Positions 1 through 7,648 of a stretch of 29,010 bases of DNA are shown here, in pieces. The notes below the pieces were generated by a model. It was given only the letters and a program-made list of their open reading frames with translations, had not been told where the DNA came from and did no database searches. The DNA is from a virus. Its lineage: Duplodnaviria > Caudoviricetes. The position numbers and the translations under genes were made by a program. Location: IMG/VR virus record IMGVR_UViG_3300012663_000053, positions 1 through 29,010 of that record. One strand, 5' to 3'. How positions within the stretch are numbered: the first letter of the stretch is position 1; each line of letters opens with the position of its first letter.

Positions 1-2
1 CT

Positions 3-89
3 CGTATGAGCGGAATGCCCGGTCCGATGAAGGACGAGAAGGGCCAACCGACACGCAAAGCGGCGTCGCTAAAGAGATGGAAGTGCTAA
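3..89 (+). CDS. C-terminal fragment of a small basic phage protein (DUF6321-like), 5'-truncated by the window
   Basis: Manual translation RMSGMPGPMKDEKGQPTRKAASLKRWKC*, TAA at 87-89 abutting the next ATG at 90. The ending resembles the '...CARM...LRKWxC' small phage proteins as I recall them. Confidence 0.7.
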   Translation, partial: RMSGMPGPMKDEKGQPTRKAASLKRWKC

Positions 90-329
90 ATGGTCGATGA
101 GATTACAACAGCCCGCGAGTTAGCCACACACGCAAGTGATATTAAGCACTTACAAGACGACATGGACGCAATGCGGGCTGACGTTGCCGCTATACGTTTA
201 TCTTTAGAAGAGATTAAAAAGACCCTTGCTTCCGCTGAAGGGGGTTGGAAAGTATTGATCGTAGTAGGCAGCCTTGCAAGCGGTGTGATTGGCGCTATTA
301 CCGGCTATTTTTCGAGCAAAGGGTTTTAA
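90..329 (+). CDS. Small protein with coiled coil and C-terminal transmembrane helix
   Basis: 79 aa; heptad-like segment DIKHLQDDMDAMRADVAAIRLSLEEIKKTL followed by hydrophobic WKVLIVVGSLASGVIGAITGYF. Confidence 0.85.
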   Translation: MVDEITTARELATHASDIKHLQDDMDAMRADVAAIRLSLEEIKKTLASAEGGWKVLIVVGSLASGVIGAITGYFSSKGF

Positions 330-331
330 TC

Positions 332-1129
332 ATGCGTAAAATTAAACGATTCGGCGTGGGTGGCTCCACCGATGAAGAAGGCAAAAAAGATATTTTCAAA
401 AACTATGAAGCCAAAGAATACGAAGCCCCCCGCGCATATTCGGAGAGCAGCGATGCTCCGGCTAAACGGATTATCACTAAAGAACAAGTGGAGGCAAAAG
501 GATTTACTAACCTGCAAGACTTCCTAAACGACGAAAGAAAATTAAAGCGTAAAGACGGTAAACCCGCTGAACGCGTTACGAATTCATCAGTTAGCGGCGA
601 TGATCTTAGCAAGTACTACGCAAATCAAAAGAAACCCGCTGAAGCTGCCGCTAAACCCGCCGCCGCTGCCCCTAAAAAAGAATCAGCAGCTGATGTTACT
701 GCGGAAATAGATAAGAACGTAAAGAGCAAAGGGTTTGAAGATGCGCTGTCTTACGCGCTCCCTGTTGGTGCAGCTGCCGCTGCTGGTACCGCTGCTTATA
801 AACTTGGGGCTAAAGGCTTAATGAAAAAGGTGGCGGATAAATTTGCCCCTAAAACATATGAAGTAGTAAGAAGAAAGGGGCCAAGTTTAGCGCCTAAGGC
901 AGAAGTAAAGGCAGCAGAAAAATATGCGGCGGATACTGCAAGGTCTAAGGCGTCAAAAGAACCGGCTGAACGGGCTATTGAAGCGCAACGCGCAGCAGCT
1001 CGTGATAATGCTAAAAGGTCTGGGGAAGGTCGAGATTACTCTGAATACAAAAAGGGTGGCAAAGTTAAAGTTAAATCCGCTTCATCCCGTGCAGATGGCT
1101 GCGCTATTCGCGGTAAAACGAGGGCATAA
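332..1129 (+). CDS. Lys/Ala-rich protein, putative capsid-internal protein (265 aa)
   Basis: ATG at 332, 2 nt after the upstream stop, is preferred over the TTG at 245. Low-complexity K/A/E-rich body; ends YKKGGKV...RADGCAIRGKTRA; TAATG coupling to the next gene. Confidence 0.85.
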   Translation: MRKIKRFGVGGSTDEEGKKDIFKNYEAKEYEAPRAYSESSDAPAKRIITKEQVEAKGFTNLQDFLNDERKLKRKDGKPAERVTNSSVSGDDLSKYYANQKKPAEAAAKPAAAAPKKESAADVTAEIDKNVKSKGFEDALSYALPVGAAAAAGTAAYKLGAKGLMKKVADKFAPKTYEVVRRKGPSLAPKAEVKAAEKYAADTARSKASKEPAERAIEAQRAAARDNAKRSGEGRDYSEYKKGGKVKVKSASSRADGCAIRGKTRA

Positions 1130-1470
1130 TGCCTACAGTCTCAAAGAAGCAAGAGCGGTTTATGCAAGCCGTGGCCCACAACCCAAAATTTGCTAAGACA
1201 GTAGGTGTGCCTACAAAAGTAGGCAAAGAATTTACTAAATCAGGAGGCAATATGCCATTAGCTTTAAAAAAGAAATCTGTTGAAGATATGAAGAAAGACA
1301 TCTTTAAACCAAAAGATGAATCTACAGAAGTTAAATATAAGCGTGGTGGTGCAGTTGCTTCTAAAATGGGCAAAGTAAAAACTGCTGCTCCTAGCAAAGA
1401 TGGCGTTGCCGTTAAAGGTAAAACCAAAGGCAAAATAATTTCTATGAAGTCCGGCGGAAAGACGTGCTGA
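1129..1470 (+). CDS. Small highly basic protein (113 aa) with a possible internal in-frame start at 1252
   Basis: TAATG overlap; MPTVSKKQERFMQAVAHNPKFAK N-terminus; YKRGGAV, DGVAVKGKTKG and MKSGG motifs shared with neighbours. Confidence 0.85.
   Translation: MPTVSKKQERFMQAVAHNPKFAKTVGVPTKVGKEFTKSGGNMPLALKKKSVEDMKKDIFKPKDESTEVKYKRGGAVASKMGKVKTAAPSKDGVAVKGKTKGKIISMKSGGKTC
1242..1247 (+). promoter_or_regulatory. Shine-Dalgarno-like AGGAGG upstream of the in-frame ATG at 1252
   Basis: Sequence cAGGAGGcaatATG; the ATG is codon 42 of ORF 1129-1470. Spacing is short (4 nt). Confidence 0.4.
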
Positions 1471-1471
1471 T

Positions 1472-1747
1472 ATGATGGCGTCCCGTGGGATGGGGGACAT
1501 AGCGCCCTCTAAAATGCCCGGTGCTAAAAAGAAAGCACGACGGGACGACACTGACTTCACGCAGTATAAAGAAGGCGGTAAAGTTAACGCTGCTGGTAAC
1601 TACACTAAGCCTAGTCTTCGTAAGAAGATTGTGTCGCAGGTAAAGTCCGCCGCAACGCATGGCACAGGTGCGGGCCAGTGGTCAGCCCGTAAAGCACAAC
1701 TCGTTGCTAAGAAGTATAAGGCAGCAGGAGGAGGTTACCGTGATTGA
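1472..1747 (+). CDS. Small basic protein with GQWSARKAQL motif (N-terminal half of a DUF5872-like family)
   Basis: 91 aa; NYTKPSLR...GQWSARKAQLVAKKYKAAGGGY, preceded by a YKEGGKV motif. Family name is from memory. Confidence 0.85.
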   Translation: MMASRGMGDIAPSKMPGAKKKARRDDTDFTQYKEGGKVNAAGNYTKPSLRKKIVSQVKSAATHGTGAGQWSARKAQLVAKKYKAAGGGYRD

Positions 1748-1862
1748 ACATATGGATAATTGCGCTGTTAAAGAAGATGGACCATGCACTTGTGGTACCG
1801 ATGAAGTTTTTGAAGAGCTGGCTCTTGAAGAGGCCGGTTTAACCGCTGAAGACTTTGAATGA
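1740..1862 (+). CDS. Small acidic Cys/His protein (40 aa), possible metal binder
   Basis: GTG at 1740 after AGGAGGAGGT (1726-1735), with an alternative ATG at 1752. Translation (M)IEHMDNCAVKEDGPCTCGTDEVFEELALEEAGLTAEDFE*. Fills the gap between two genes and ends in an ATGA overlap. Confidence 0.65.
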   Translation: MIEHMDNCAVKEDGPCTCGTDEVFEELALEEAGLTAEDFE

Positions 1863-2092
1863 AAGCGCCACAGCAAAGCCTGAAGTCATGGGGTGACCAG
1901 AAATGGCGGACAAAGAGCGGCAAGCCGTCGTCAAAGACAGGCGAACGATACCTGCCAGAAGCGGCTATCAAGTCACTCACCCCGTCAGAGTATGCCGCCA
2001 CAACGAAGGCAAAGCGGGCAGGGAAAGCAGCAGGAAAGCAGTTTGTTAAGCAGCCCAAAGGCATTGCAAAGAAAACGGCAGGGTTTAGATAA
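1859..2092 (+). CDS. Small basic protein with ERYLP motif (C-terminal half of a DUF5872-like family)
   Basis: 77 aa; QSLKSWGDQKWRTKSG...ERYLPEAAIKSL...GKQFV. ATGA and TAATG couplings on the two sides. Confidence 0.85.
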   Translation: MKAPQQSLKSWGDQKWRTKSGKPSSKTGERYLPEAAIKSLTPSEYAATTKAKRAGKAAGKQFVKQPKGIAKKTAGFR

Positions 2093-2832
2093 TGGCATAT
2101 ACAACTTCTACTACAGCGTTTAACCCAACCCTCAACGATTTAGTCGAAGAGGCTTTTGAGCGTTGTGGCAAGGAGTTGCGTACTGGTTATGACTTTAAGA
2201 CTTCTCGGCGCAGTCTGAACTTACTGCTGGCTGAGTGGGCTAATCGTGGTATCAATCTATGGACGATTGAGCAAGGCTCGATCAATATGATTCAAGGGCA
2301 GGTAACTTATGATCTACCTAATGATACCGTTGATCTGGTTGAACATGTTATTCGCACTGATTCCGGACAAGGTCCTAACCAAACAGACATCAACATAAGC
2401 CGGATCAGTGTTTCTACTTACTCTACGATCCCAAATAAGCTAGCTCAAGGTCGCCCAATTCAGGTGTGGGTTAACCGCCGGTCAGGGCAAACTACGGACG
2501 CAGTTGGGGCAACCGCTGCATTCCCACAGATTAATGTGTGGCCGGCCCCAGATCAGGGAACTTCCCAAGTACCCTTTTATGTATTCTATTACTGGCGCTT
2601 GCGCCGTATGGTGGACGCTGGTGACGGTGTTAATGTAGAAGACATCCCATTCCGCTTCCAGAACGCTTTGGTGGCTGGGTTAGCATATATGCTATCCATG
2701 AAGCTGCAAGGTGCAGAAGGTCGTACTCCGGTGCTTAAGACCCAGTACGATGAGGCATGGATGTTGGCTTCTGATGAGGATAGAGAAAAAGCTCCAATTA
2801 GATTTGTCCCCCGCACAACGTTCTATCGGTGA
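2092..2832 (+). CDS. Putative head-tail adaptor / tail tubular protein
   Basis: 246 aa; N-terminal helical LVEEAFERCG...RRSLNLLLAEWANRGINLW, central beta region with VWPAPD, C-terminal helices ALVAGLAYMLSMK. Architecture typical of podovirus adaptor proteins. Confidence 0.7.
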   Translation: MAYTTSTTAFNPTLNDLVEEAFERCGKELRTGYDFKTSRRSLNLLLAEWANRGINLWTIEQGSINMIQGQVTYDLPNDTVDLVEHVIRTDSGQGPNQTDINISRISVSTYSTIPNKLAQGRPIQVWVNRRSGQTTDAVGATAAFPQINVWPAPDQGTSQVPFYVFYYWRLRRMVDAGDGVNVEDIPFRFQNALVAGLAYMLSMKLQGAEGRTPVLKTQYDEAWMLASDEDREKAPIRFVPRTTFYR

Positions 2833-2835
2833 TGT

Positions 2836-3264
2836 ATGGGAAGCAAATACGCTAGTGGTAGGCACAGCATTGCGGAGTGTGACCGCTGTGGGTTTAGATA
2901 TAAGCTAAAAGAGCTTAAAAAGCTGACGATTAAGACTAAGCAGGTTAGTATTAAGGTATGCCCAACTTGTTGGGAACCGGATCAACCACAGCTTTCTTTG
3001 GGCTTGTATCCTGTTAGTGACCCGCAGGCAGTTAGAGAGCCACGGCCAGATACGAGTTATAGGCAGTCAGGTTATAGCGGGTTGCAGTTAACGCAAACCC
3101 CACCAACGAGTATAAACGCTTTTGGTATGCCTGAAGGCGGTAGCAGGGTGTTTCAGTGGGGGTGGGGGCCTGTAGGCGGGGCAAGCGCAAATGATGATGG
3201 GTTAACTCCTAATTATTTGGTAGCCCCGGGTCTGGTAAGCAATGTAACGATTACGACTACATAG
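2836..3264 (+). CDS. Zinc-finger (CxxC...CxxC) phage protein
   Basis: 142 aa; CDRCG and VCPTCW pairs followed by Pro-rich DPQAVREPRPD. Confidence 0.8.
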   Translation: MGSKYASGRHSIAECDRCGFRYKLKELKKLTIKTKQVSIKVCPTCWEPDQPQLSLGLYPVSDPQAVREPRPDTSYRQSGYSGLQLTQTPPTSINAFGMPEGGSRVFQWGWGPVGGASANDDGLTPNYLVAPGLVSNVTITTT

Positions 3265-3273
3265 GAGTCTGAC

Positions 3274-3438
3274 ATGGACAAGAAAGAAGTTAAGAAGATC
3301 GCGGATAAAGAAGTTAAGGTCCACGAAAAGAAAATGCACAGCATGAAAAAGGGCGGTGTAGCTAGTATTGATATGAAGCGTATGGGGCGTAATCTGGCTC
3401 GCGTTGCTAATCAAAAGTCTGGTTCGAGAGGCCGATAA
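3274..3438 (+). CDS. Small basic protein (54 aa), not in the ORF track
   Basis: AGGAG RBS upstream; manual translation MDKKEVKKIADKEVKVHEKKMHSMKKGGVASIDMKRMGRNLARVANQKSGSRGR*; TAATG coupling at 3436-3440. Confidence 0.85.
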   Translation: MDKKEVKKIADKEVKVHEKKMHSMKKGGVASIDMKRMGRNLARVANQKSGSRGR

Positions 3439-3707
3439 TGGCTAAGTTTTCGCAAAAGCTGATGGGCAAAGAAGTTGGCTCTGCTGCTGTGTACGCTAAA
3501 CCACATACGATGGATGGTAAAGATATGAAGCCAACAAAGAAGACTGACCCTAATACGCTAAATGCACGTCAGCTTGGGCCCCGTGAAGGCGTCCAACGCG
3601 TAAGCGCAGGTGATCCGGGTGCTGATGATGTTAAGACCACTGGTATCAAAATGCGTGGTACTGGCGCAGCAACTAAGGGCGTAATGTCCCGTGGGCCAAT
3701 GGGCTGA
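3438..3707 (+). CDS. Small basic protein (89 aa)
   Basis: Coupled start; C-terminal KTTGIKMRGTGAATKGVMSRGPMG resembles the GxAxxG tails of ORFs 332 and 1129. Confidence 0.85.
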   Translation: MAKFSQKLMGKEVGSAAVYAKPHTMDGKDMKPTKKTDPNTLNARQLGPREGVQRVSAGDPGADDVKTTGIKMRGTGAATKGVMSRGPMG

Positions 3708-3710
3708 TAA

Positions 3711-4406
3711 ATGAATTACGCGCAGCTTTCGTCAGCTATCAAAGGGTATTGCGAGAATGACTTTCCGGCAACGGTAGGATCGTTTACGTCTACTGACCAG
3801 ATAGACACGTTTATTAAGCAGGCGGAACAGCGTATTTATAACTCTGTTCAGCTTCCGCCGTTGCGCAAGAACATTATTGGTTCTGCATCAATTAATAATA
3901 AGTACATGGCTGCACCAGATGACTTTTTATCGGTGTATTCAATTGCGGTAATTAGCGGTTACGGCACGGCAAACGAAAACTACACATACCTTTTAAACAA
4001 GGATGTAAACTTTATTCGTGAGTCATACCCAAATCCGGGTAGTACAGGTAAGCCTCTGTATTACGCCATCTTCGGGCCGTATGTAACTAATTCCGTAATT
4101 ACTGACGAGCTGAGTTTCATTCTTGGCCCCACGCCAGACGCAAGCTATTTTACAGAGTTACATTATTACTACTATCCTGAGAGCATTGTTACCGCTGGTA
4201 CAACGTGGCTTGGGGATAACTTTGATTCTGCGTTGCTATATGGCGCGCTCATGGAGGCTGCATCCTTCCTGAAGGGTGAGCCTGATCTAATACAAATGTA
4301 TACAGCTCGGTATGGCGATGCATTGGCTATGCTGAAACGTCTGGGTGATGGTCTGGAGCGTAGCGATGCTTACCGCTCTGGTCAAGCTAGGGTACAAGTC
4401 ACATGA
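3711..4406 (+). CDS. Second putative adaptor / tail tubular protein
   Basis: 231 aa; MNYAQL...IDTFIKQAEQRIYN, G.P.YYA, LGPTPD and ALLYGALMEA. Same helix-beta-helix plan as 2092-2832. Confidence 0.7.
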   Translation: MNYAQLSSAIKGYCENDFPATVGSFTSTDQIDTFIKQAEQRIYNSVQLPPLRKNIIGSASINNKYMAAPDDFLSVYSIAVISGYGTANENYTYLLNKDVNFIRESYPNPGSTGKPLYYAIFGPYVTNSVITDELSFILGPTPDASYFTELHYYYYPESIVTAGTTWLGDNFDSALLYGALMEAASFLKGEPDLIQMYTARYGDALAMLKRLGDGLERSDAYRSGQARVQVT

Positions 4407-4822
4407 TCCAGCAAGGACTAACAACAAGTTTTAAAAAACAAATTCTGTTAGGTGAACATGACCTAGATACAGATTTGTTATATATCGCACTTTATACGGC
4501 ACTTGCATCTTTAGGCCCAGATACGACGGAGTATTCGGTAGCAACTCCGGGTCAAATTACTGGGACAGGGTACACAGCAGGTGGTATTCTACTAACTAAT
4601 GTGTCCGTCAATATTTCTGGGTCAACTGCTTATGTTGATTTTAGTGATCCAGTATGGAACCCAGGAGCTTTTACAGCTCGCGGGGCTTTGATTTATAACT
4701 CAAGTAAGAGTAATAAATCTATTGCGGTTTTAGATTTTGGTTCGGATAAGACATCGACCAATACGTTTACAATAACTTTGCCAGCTAACACAGCGTCCTC
4801 GGCGCTAATTCGCATAACTTAA
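4403..4822 (+). CDS. Beta-rich virion structural protein (139 aa)
   Basis: ATGA overlap; TSFK..IL.G.HD, IALYT, GTGYTAGG and ARGALIYN...VLDFGSDK motifs seen in phage tail-region proteins. Confidence 0.75.
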   Translation: MIQQGLTTSFKKQILLGEHDLDTDLLYIALYTALASLGPDTTEYSVATPGQITGTGYTAGGILLTNVSVNISGSTAYVDFSDPVWNPGAFTARGALIYNSSKSNKSIAVLDFGSDKTSTNTFTITLPANTASSALIRIT

Positions 4823-4831
4823 GGAGTTACT

Positions 4832-5398
4832 ATGTTTGATTCAAAGACAAAAGCTATGGATATTGTCTCCGCCGACGTTACAAAAAACGCTGGCAATGAT
4901 GATTGTATTAAATTTGGTGGTGTTTACCACGTAGAGTGCTTTGATGCAGAAGGCAATTCTAAATGGGCGGAAGACTTCCATAATCTGGTTGTTAACGTCG
5001 GCCTTAAAGACCTGAACGATAAATACTTCTCTGGCTCTTCTTATACTGCCGCTTGGTATCTTGGCCTTGTTAACTCAAGCGCTACGTTTGCTGCTGGCGA
5101 TACGATGTCGTCGCACGCTGGTTGGACAGAGAACGTTAGCTACACACAAGCTGCTCGTCCTACTTTGGCTTTCGGTGGCTCTACCACTGCTGATCCATCG
5201 GTGATTACTGCATCGTCGGTTACATTTACGATCAATGCTTCGGCTACTATTGGTGGTGCATTCGTTTCTACTTCGGCCACTAAGAGCGGTACAGCAGGCA
5301 TCCTGTTCTCAGAAGGTAACTTCACTGGCGGTAACCGCGCTGTTATCAGTGGTGATACGCTTAATGTAACGTACAGCTTCTCTGCTGACGCTGCGTAA
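4832..5398 (+). CDS. Beta-rich virion structural protein (188 aa), possible fibre or collar subunit
   Basis: Strong RBS TAAGGAG at 4820-4826; HNLVVNVG, WYLGL and C-terminal GDTLNVTY motifs; S/T/A/G-rich. Confidence 0.75.
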   Translation: MFDSKTKAMDIVSADVTKNAGNDDCIKFGGVYHVECFDAEGNSKWAEDFHNLVVNVGLKDLNDKYFSGSSYTAAWYLGLVNSSATFAAGDTMSSHAGWTENVSYTQAARPTLAFGGSTTADPSVITASSVTFTINASATIGGAFVSTSATKSGTAGILFSEGNFTGGNRAVISGDTLNVTYSFSADAA

Positions 5399-5409
5399 TA
5401 GGGGGCTAC

Positions 5410-5586
5410 ATGGCTAATTTTACTAAGGGTCAAACCGTAAAGGTTAATACCGTGGTTCCGTCAGGCCCAGTTGAGGCTTATCGCATGGATGAAGATGGTG
5501 TTATCTACTGTCTTATTTCGTGGGTTGATGAGAATGGGGCCACGCAAAATCGTTGGTTTAGAGAAGACGTATTGGTTGCTGGTTAA
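5410..5586 (+). CDS. Small SH3-like beta-barrel protein (58 aa), not in the ORF track
   Basis: Manual translation MANFTKGQTVKVNTVVPSGPVEAYRMDEDGVIYCLISWVDENGATQNRWFREDVLVAG*. The FxxGxxV start and WFxExxL end suggest an SH3/KOW-like barrel. Fills the intergenic gap. Confidence 0.8.
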   Translation: MANFTKGQTVKVNTVVPSGPVEAYRMDEDGVIYCLISWVDENGATQNRWFREDVLVAG

Positions 5587-5605
5587 AAGCTAAAAGGCGT
5601 AACGC

Positions 5606-6670
5606 ATGTTTGGTATCTCATCTTTTGCCGAAACGCCTTTTTCTTCACTAAGCGGAGCTACGTATAACGCTGATGTTGCTGAGGCTGTATTAGTTTCAGA
5701 CCTTGAGGCTGCGTATATTACGTATGCTTCCGCAATTAGTGAGCAAGTATTACTTACTGCTGTTCAAGATTCACTAGCTGATTTTGTTGACTCTATAACA
5801 GAGGCAGCGGTATTAAATGCTGCACAGATTGCGCTAGCTGATTTTGTCGAAAGCCTTTCAGATTTAATTACTGCCACTGATACGCAGAATGGTAGTGTTG
5901 TACTTGCTGGTTCTATTTCAGAATCTGCTGCGCTGCTTGATGAACAGAATACAGATAATGCCTTTAACTCTTTTGTTAATGAGTCTATTACTGGTACTGA
6001 TACGCTGTTCTCTGTAGGTGATTTTTTAGCGGCTATTTCAGAGTCTTCAGTTCTTGCAGATTCACAAGCATCTTTAGCAAACCTCATTGCCGCTCTGTCG
6101 GACGCTGTAACTTTAACGGATTCTCAAGCAGGTAATTTACTGTTTAGCGGAAATATTTCTGAGTCCATTACTGCCACAGATATTACGAATGGTAGCGGCG
6201 GGGCTGAGACAATCAATGAGAGTGCATCGTTTGTAGACGATCAATATAATGTCAACGAACAGTTTGTTAATGTAGATGAGTTTGTGTTACTGCAAGATAC
6301 GCTTGAAGGAACATCAGAACTAAATAACCAAGTAAACGAAACAGTTGTATTTACTACAGAACAAAATGGCGGGTTCCCTTACGCCGAAGATGTTTCTGAA
6401 ACCGCATCCATAGCAGGCATTGTAGATGCAGGTGGTATATATGTGATTATTGCTGAGTCTATAGCGGCTGTAGACAGTGCTACAACAATTGCTACTTTGA
6501 TTTCTAATGTAAGTGAAACAGCTAGCTTGAACGGGATTAATAATTCTTCTGCAATATTTAATTCCTCTCGCTCAGAAAGAATAGCGTTTACAAGTGGGTT
6601 TACCCCGTTCTTTAAATTCGAGCCGATAGATACGACGCAAGTGCCGAATTGGAACACGATTAACATGTAA
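5606..6670 (+). CDS. Extremely acidic 20-aa-repeat protein, putative fibre shaft or scaffold
   Basis: 354 aa; N-terminal MFGISSFAETPFS, about 16 repeats starting [I/V/L]x[E/D]; only 1 Lys and 2 Arg, no His or Cys. Confidence 0.85.
   Translation: MFGISSFAETPFSSLSGATYNADVAEAVLVSDLEAAYITYASAISEQVLLTAVQDSLADFVDSITEAAVLNAAQIALADFVESLSDLITATDTQNGSVVLAGSISESAALLDEQNTDNAFNSFVNESITGTDTLFSVGDFLAAISESSVLADSQASLANLIAALSDAVTLTDSQAGNLLFSGNISESITATDITNGSGGAETINESASFVDDQYNVNEQFVNVDEFVLLQDTLEGTSELNNQVNETVVFTTEQNGGFPYAEDVSETASIAGIVDAGGIYVIIAESIAAVDSATTIATLISNVSETASLNGINNSSAIFNSSRSERIAFTSGFTPFFKFEPIDTTQVPNWNTINM
5675..6598 (+). repeat. About 16 degenerate 60-nt (20-aa) coding repeats
   Basis: Units such as ISEQVLLTAVQDSLADFVDS / ITEAAVLNAAQIALADFVES / ISESAALLDEQNTDNAFNSF / ISESSVLADSQASLANLIAA. 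Confidence 0.8.
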
Positions 6671-6679
6671 GGAATTATT

Positions 6680-7639
6680 ATGGCATTGGTTCTAGCTGAT
6701 CGCGTAAAAGAAACAAGCTCCTTCACAGGAACAACTTCGCCTATTACGTTGCTAGGTGCAGCTACTGGGTTTCAATCCTTTGCTGCTGTAGGTAACGGAA
6801 ATACTACGTTCTACACAATTACCAACCCCGGCACTAATGAGTGGGAAGTTGGTGTTGGCACGTACACATCTTCTGGCACCACGCTATCTCGCACCATTAT
6901 TCTTTCATCATCTAATAGCGGCCTGATTGTTACGTTTAGCGCTGGTGCTAAAGAAGTATTTGTAACCTACCCTGCTGAGAAATCAGTAAACCAAGACGCT
7001 TCCGGTAATGTCACTATTGATGGAACTACGTCTGTTACTGCGCTAGCTTGCAGCGGGAATGCTACGTTTACAGGAACGGGTAGTAGGTTCCAAGCGGACT
7101 TCTATAATGGCACTGTTACGGATCGTTATTCGTTTCAATCTAGTTCCATAAATACATCAACAGGTATTTACGCTTTACCTAACGGCACATCGCAATCTGC
7201 ATCGTGGCAGGCTACAAATAATAGCAATCCTACTAACGCAGGTAAGATTCTTATTGCTGCGACCGCAACGGCTGCTGAAGTTGTATCGGGCATTAATGGC
7301 TCCGGTACGTATCTACCACTAACCTTCGTTGCTAACGGTGGTGAAGTAGGTAGGTTCAATAACAGCACCGGATACTTTGGCCTTAATACTACAGCGCCCG
7401 GTAGCCAGCTTGATGTTAAAGGTACACTGCGGTTATCTGGTTCTACAAGTGGATATGTGGGATTAGCTCCTGCGGCTGTGGCTGGGACTGTAACGTACAC
7501 ATTACCAAGTGCTGATGGTACAACTGGGCAAGTTCTTTCAACTAATGGTAGTGGCACGCTATCGTGGGCTTCGGCTGGCGGTGGTGGTGGCGTAACAAAA
7601 GCGGCTGCTATAGCGTATTCAATGACTTTAGGATTCTAG
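6680..7639 (+). CDS. Tail fibre protein (319 aa)
   Basis: N-terminal MALVLADRVKETS...WEVGVGTY...FSAGAKEVFVTYPA anchor, FGLNTTAPGSQLDVKG and TLPSADGTTGQVLSTNGSGTLSW fibre motifs; RBS TAAGGA. Confidence 0.8.
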   Translation: MALVLADRVKETSSFTGTTSPITLLGAATGFQSFAAVGNGNTTFYTITNPGTNEWEVGVGTYTSSGTTLSRTIILSSSNSGLIVTFSAGAKEVFVTYPAEKSVNQDASGNVTIDGTTSVTALACSGNATFTGTGSRFQADFYNGTVTDRYSFQSSSINTSTGIYALPNGTSQSASWQATNNSNPTNAGKILIAATATAAEVVSGINGSGTYLPLTFVANGGEVGRFNNSTGYFGLNTTAPGSQLDVKGTLRLSGSTSGYVGLAPAAVAGTVTYTLPSADGTTGQVLSTNGSGTLSWASAGGGGGVTKAAAIAYSMTLGF

Positions 7640-7648
7640 GAGTAACTC

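Noticed and set aside
90-329. Calling the 79-aa membrane protein a holin
   Set aside because: A single TM helix far from the endolysin is not enough evidence, and a better holin candidate sits at 14387-14872.
245-331. Longer N-terminus (TTG start at 245) for the 294-aa ORF
   Set aside because: It overlaps the upstream gene by 85 nt. The ATG at 332 directly follows the upstream stop and fits the operon's coupling pattern.
5675-6598. 60-nt periodicity as a possible CRISPR or mini-array
   Set aside because: The periodicity is at the protein level. No identical direct repeats with unique spacers and no cas genes are visible.
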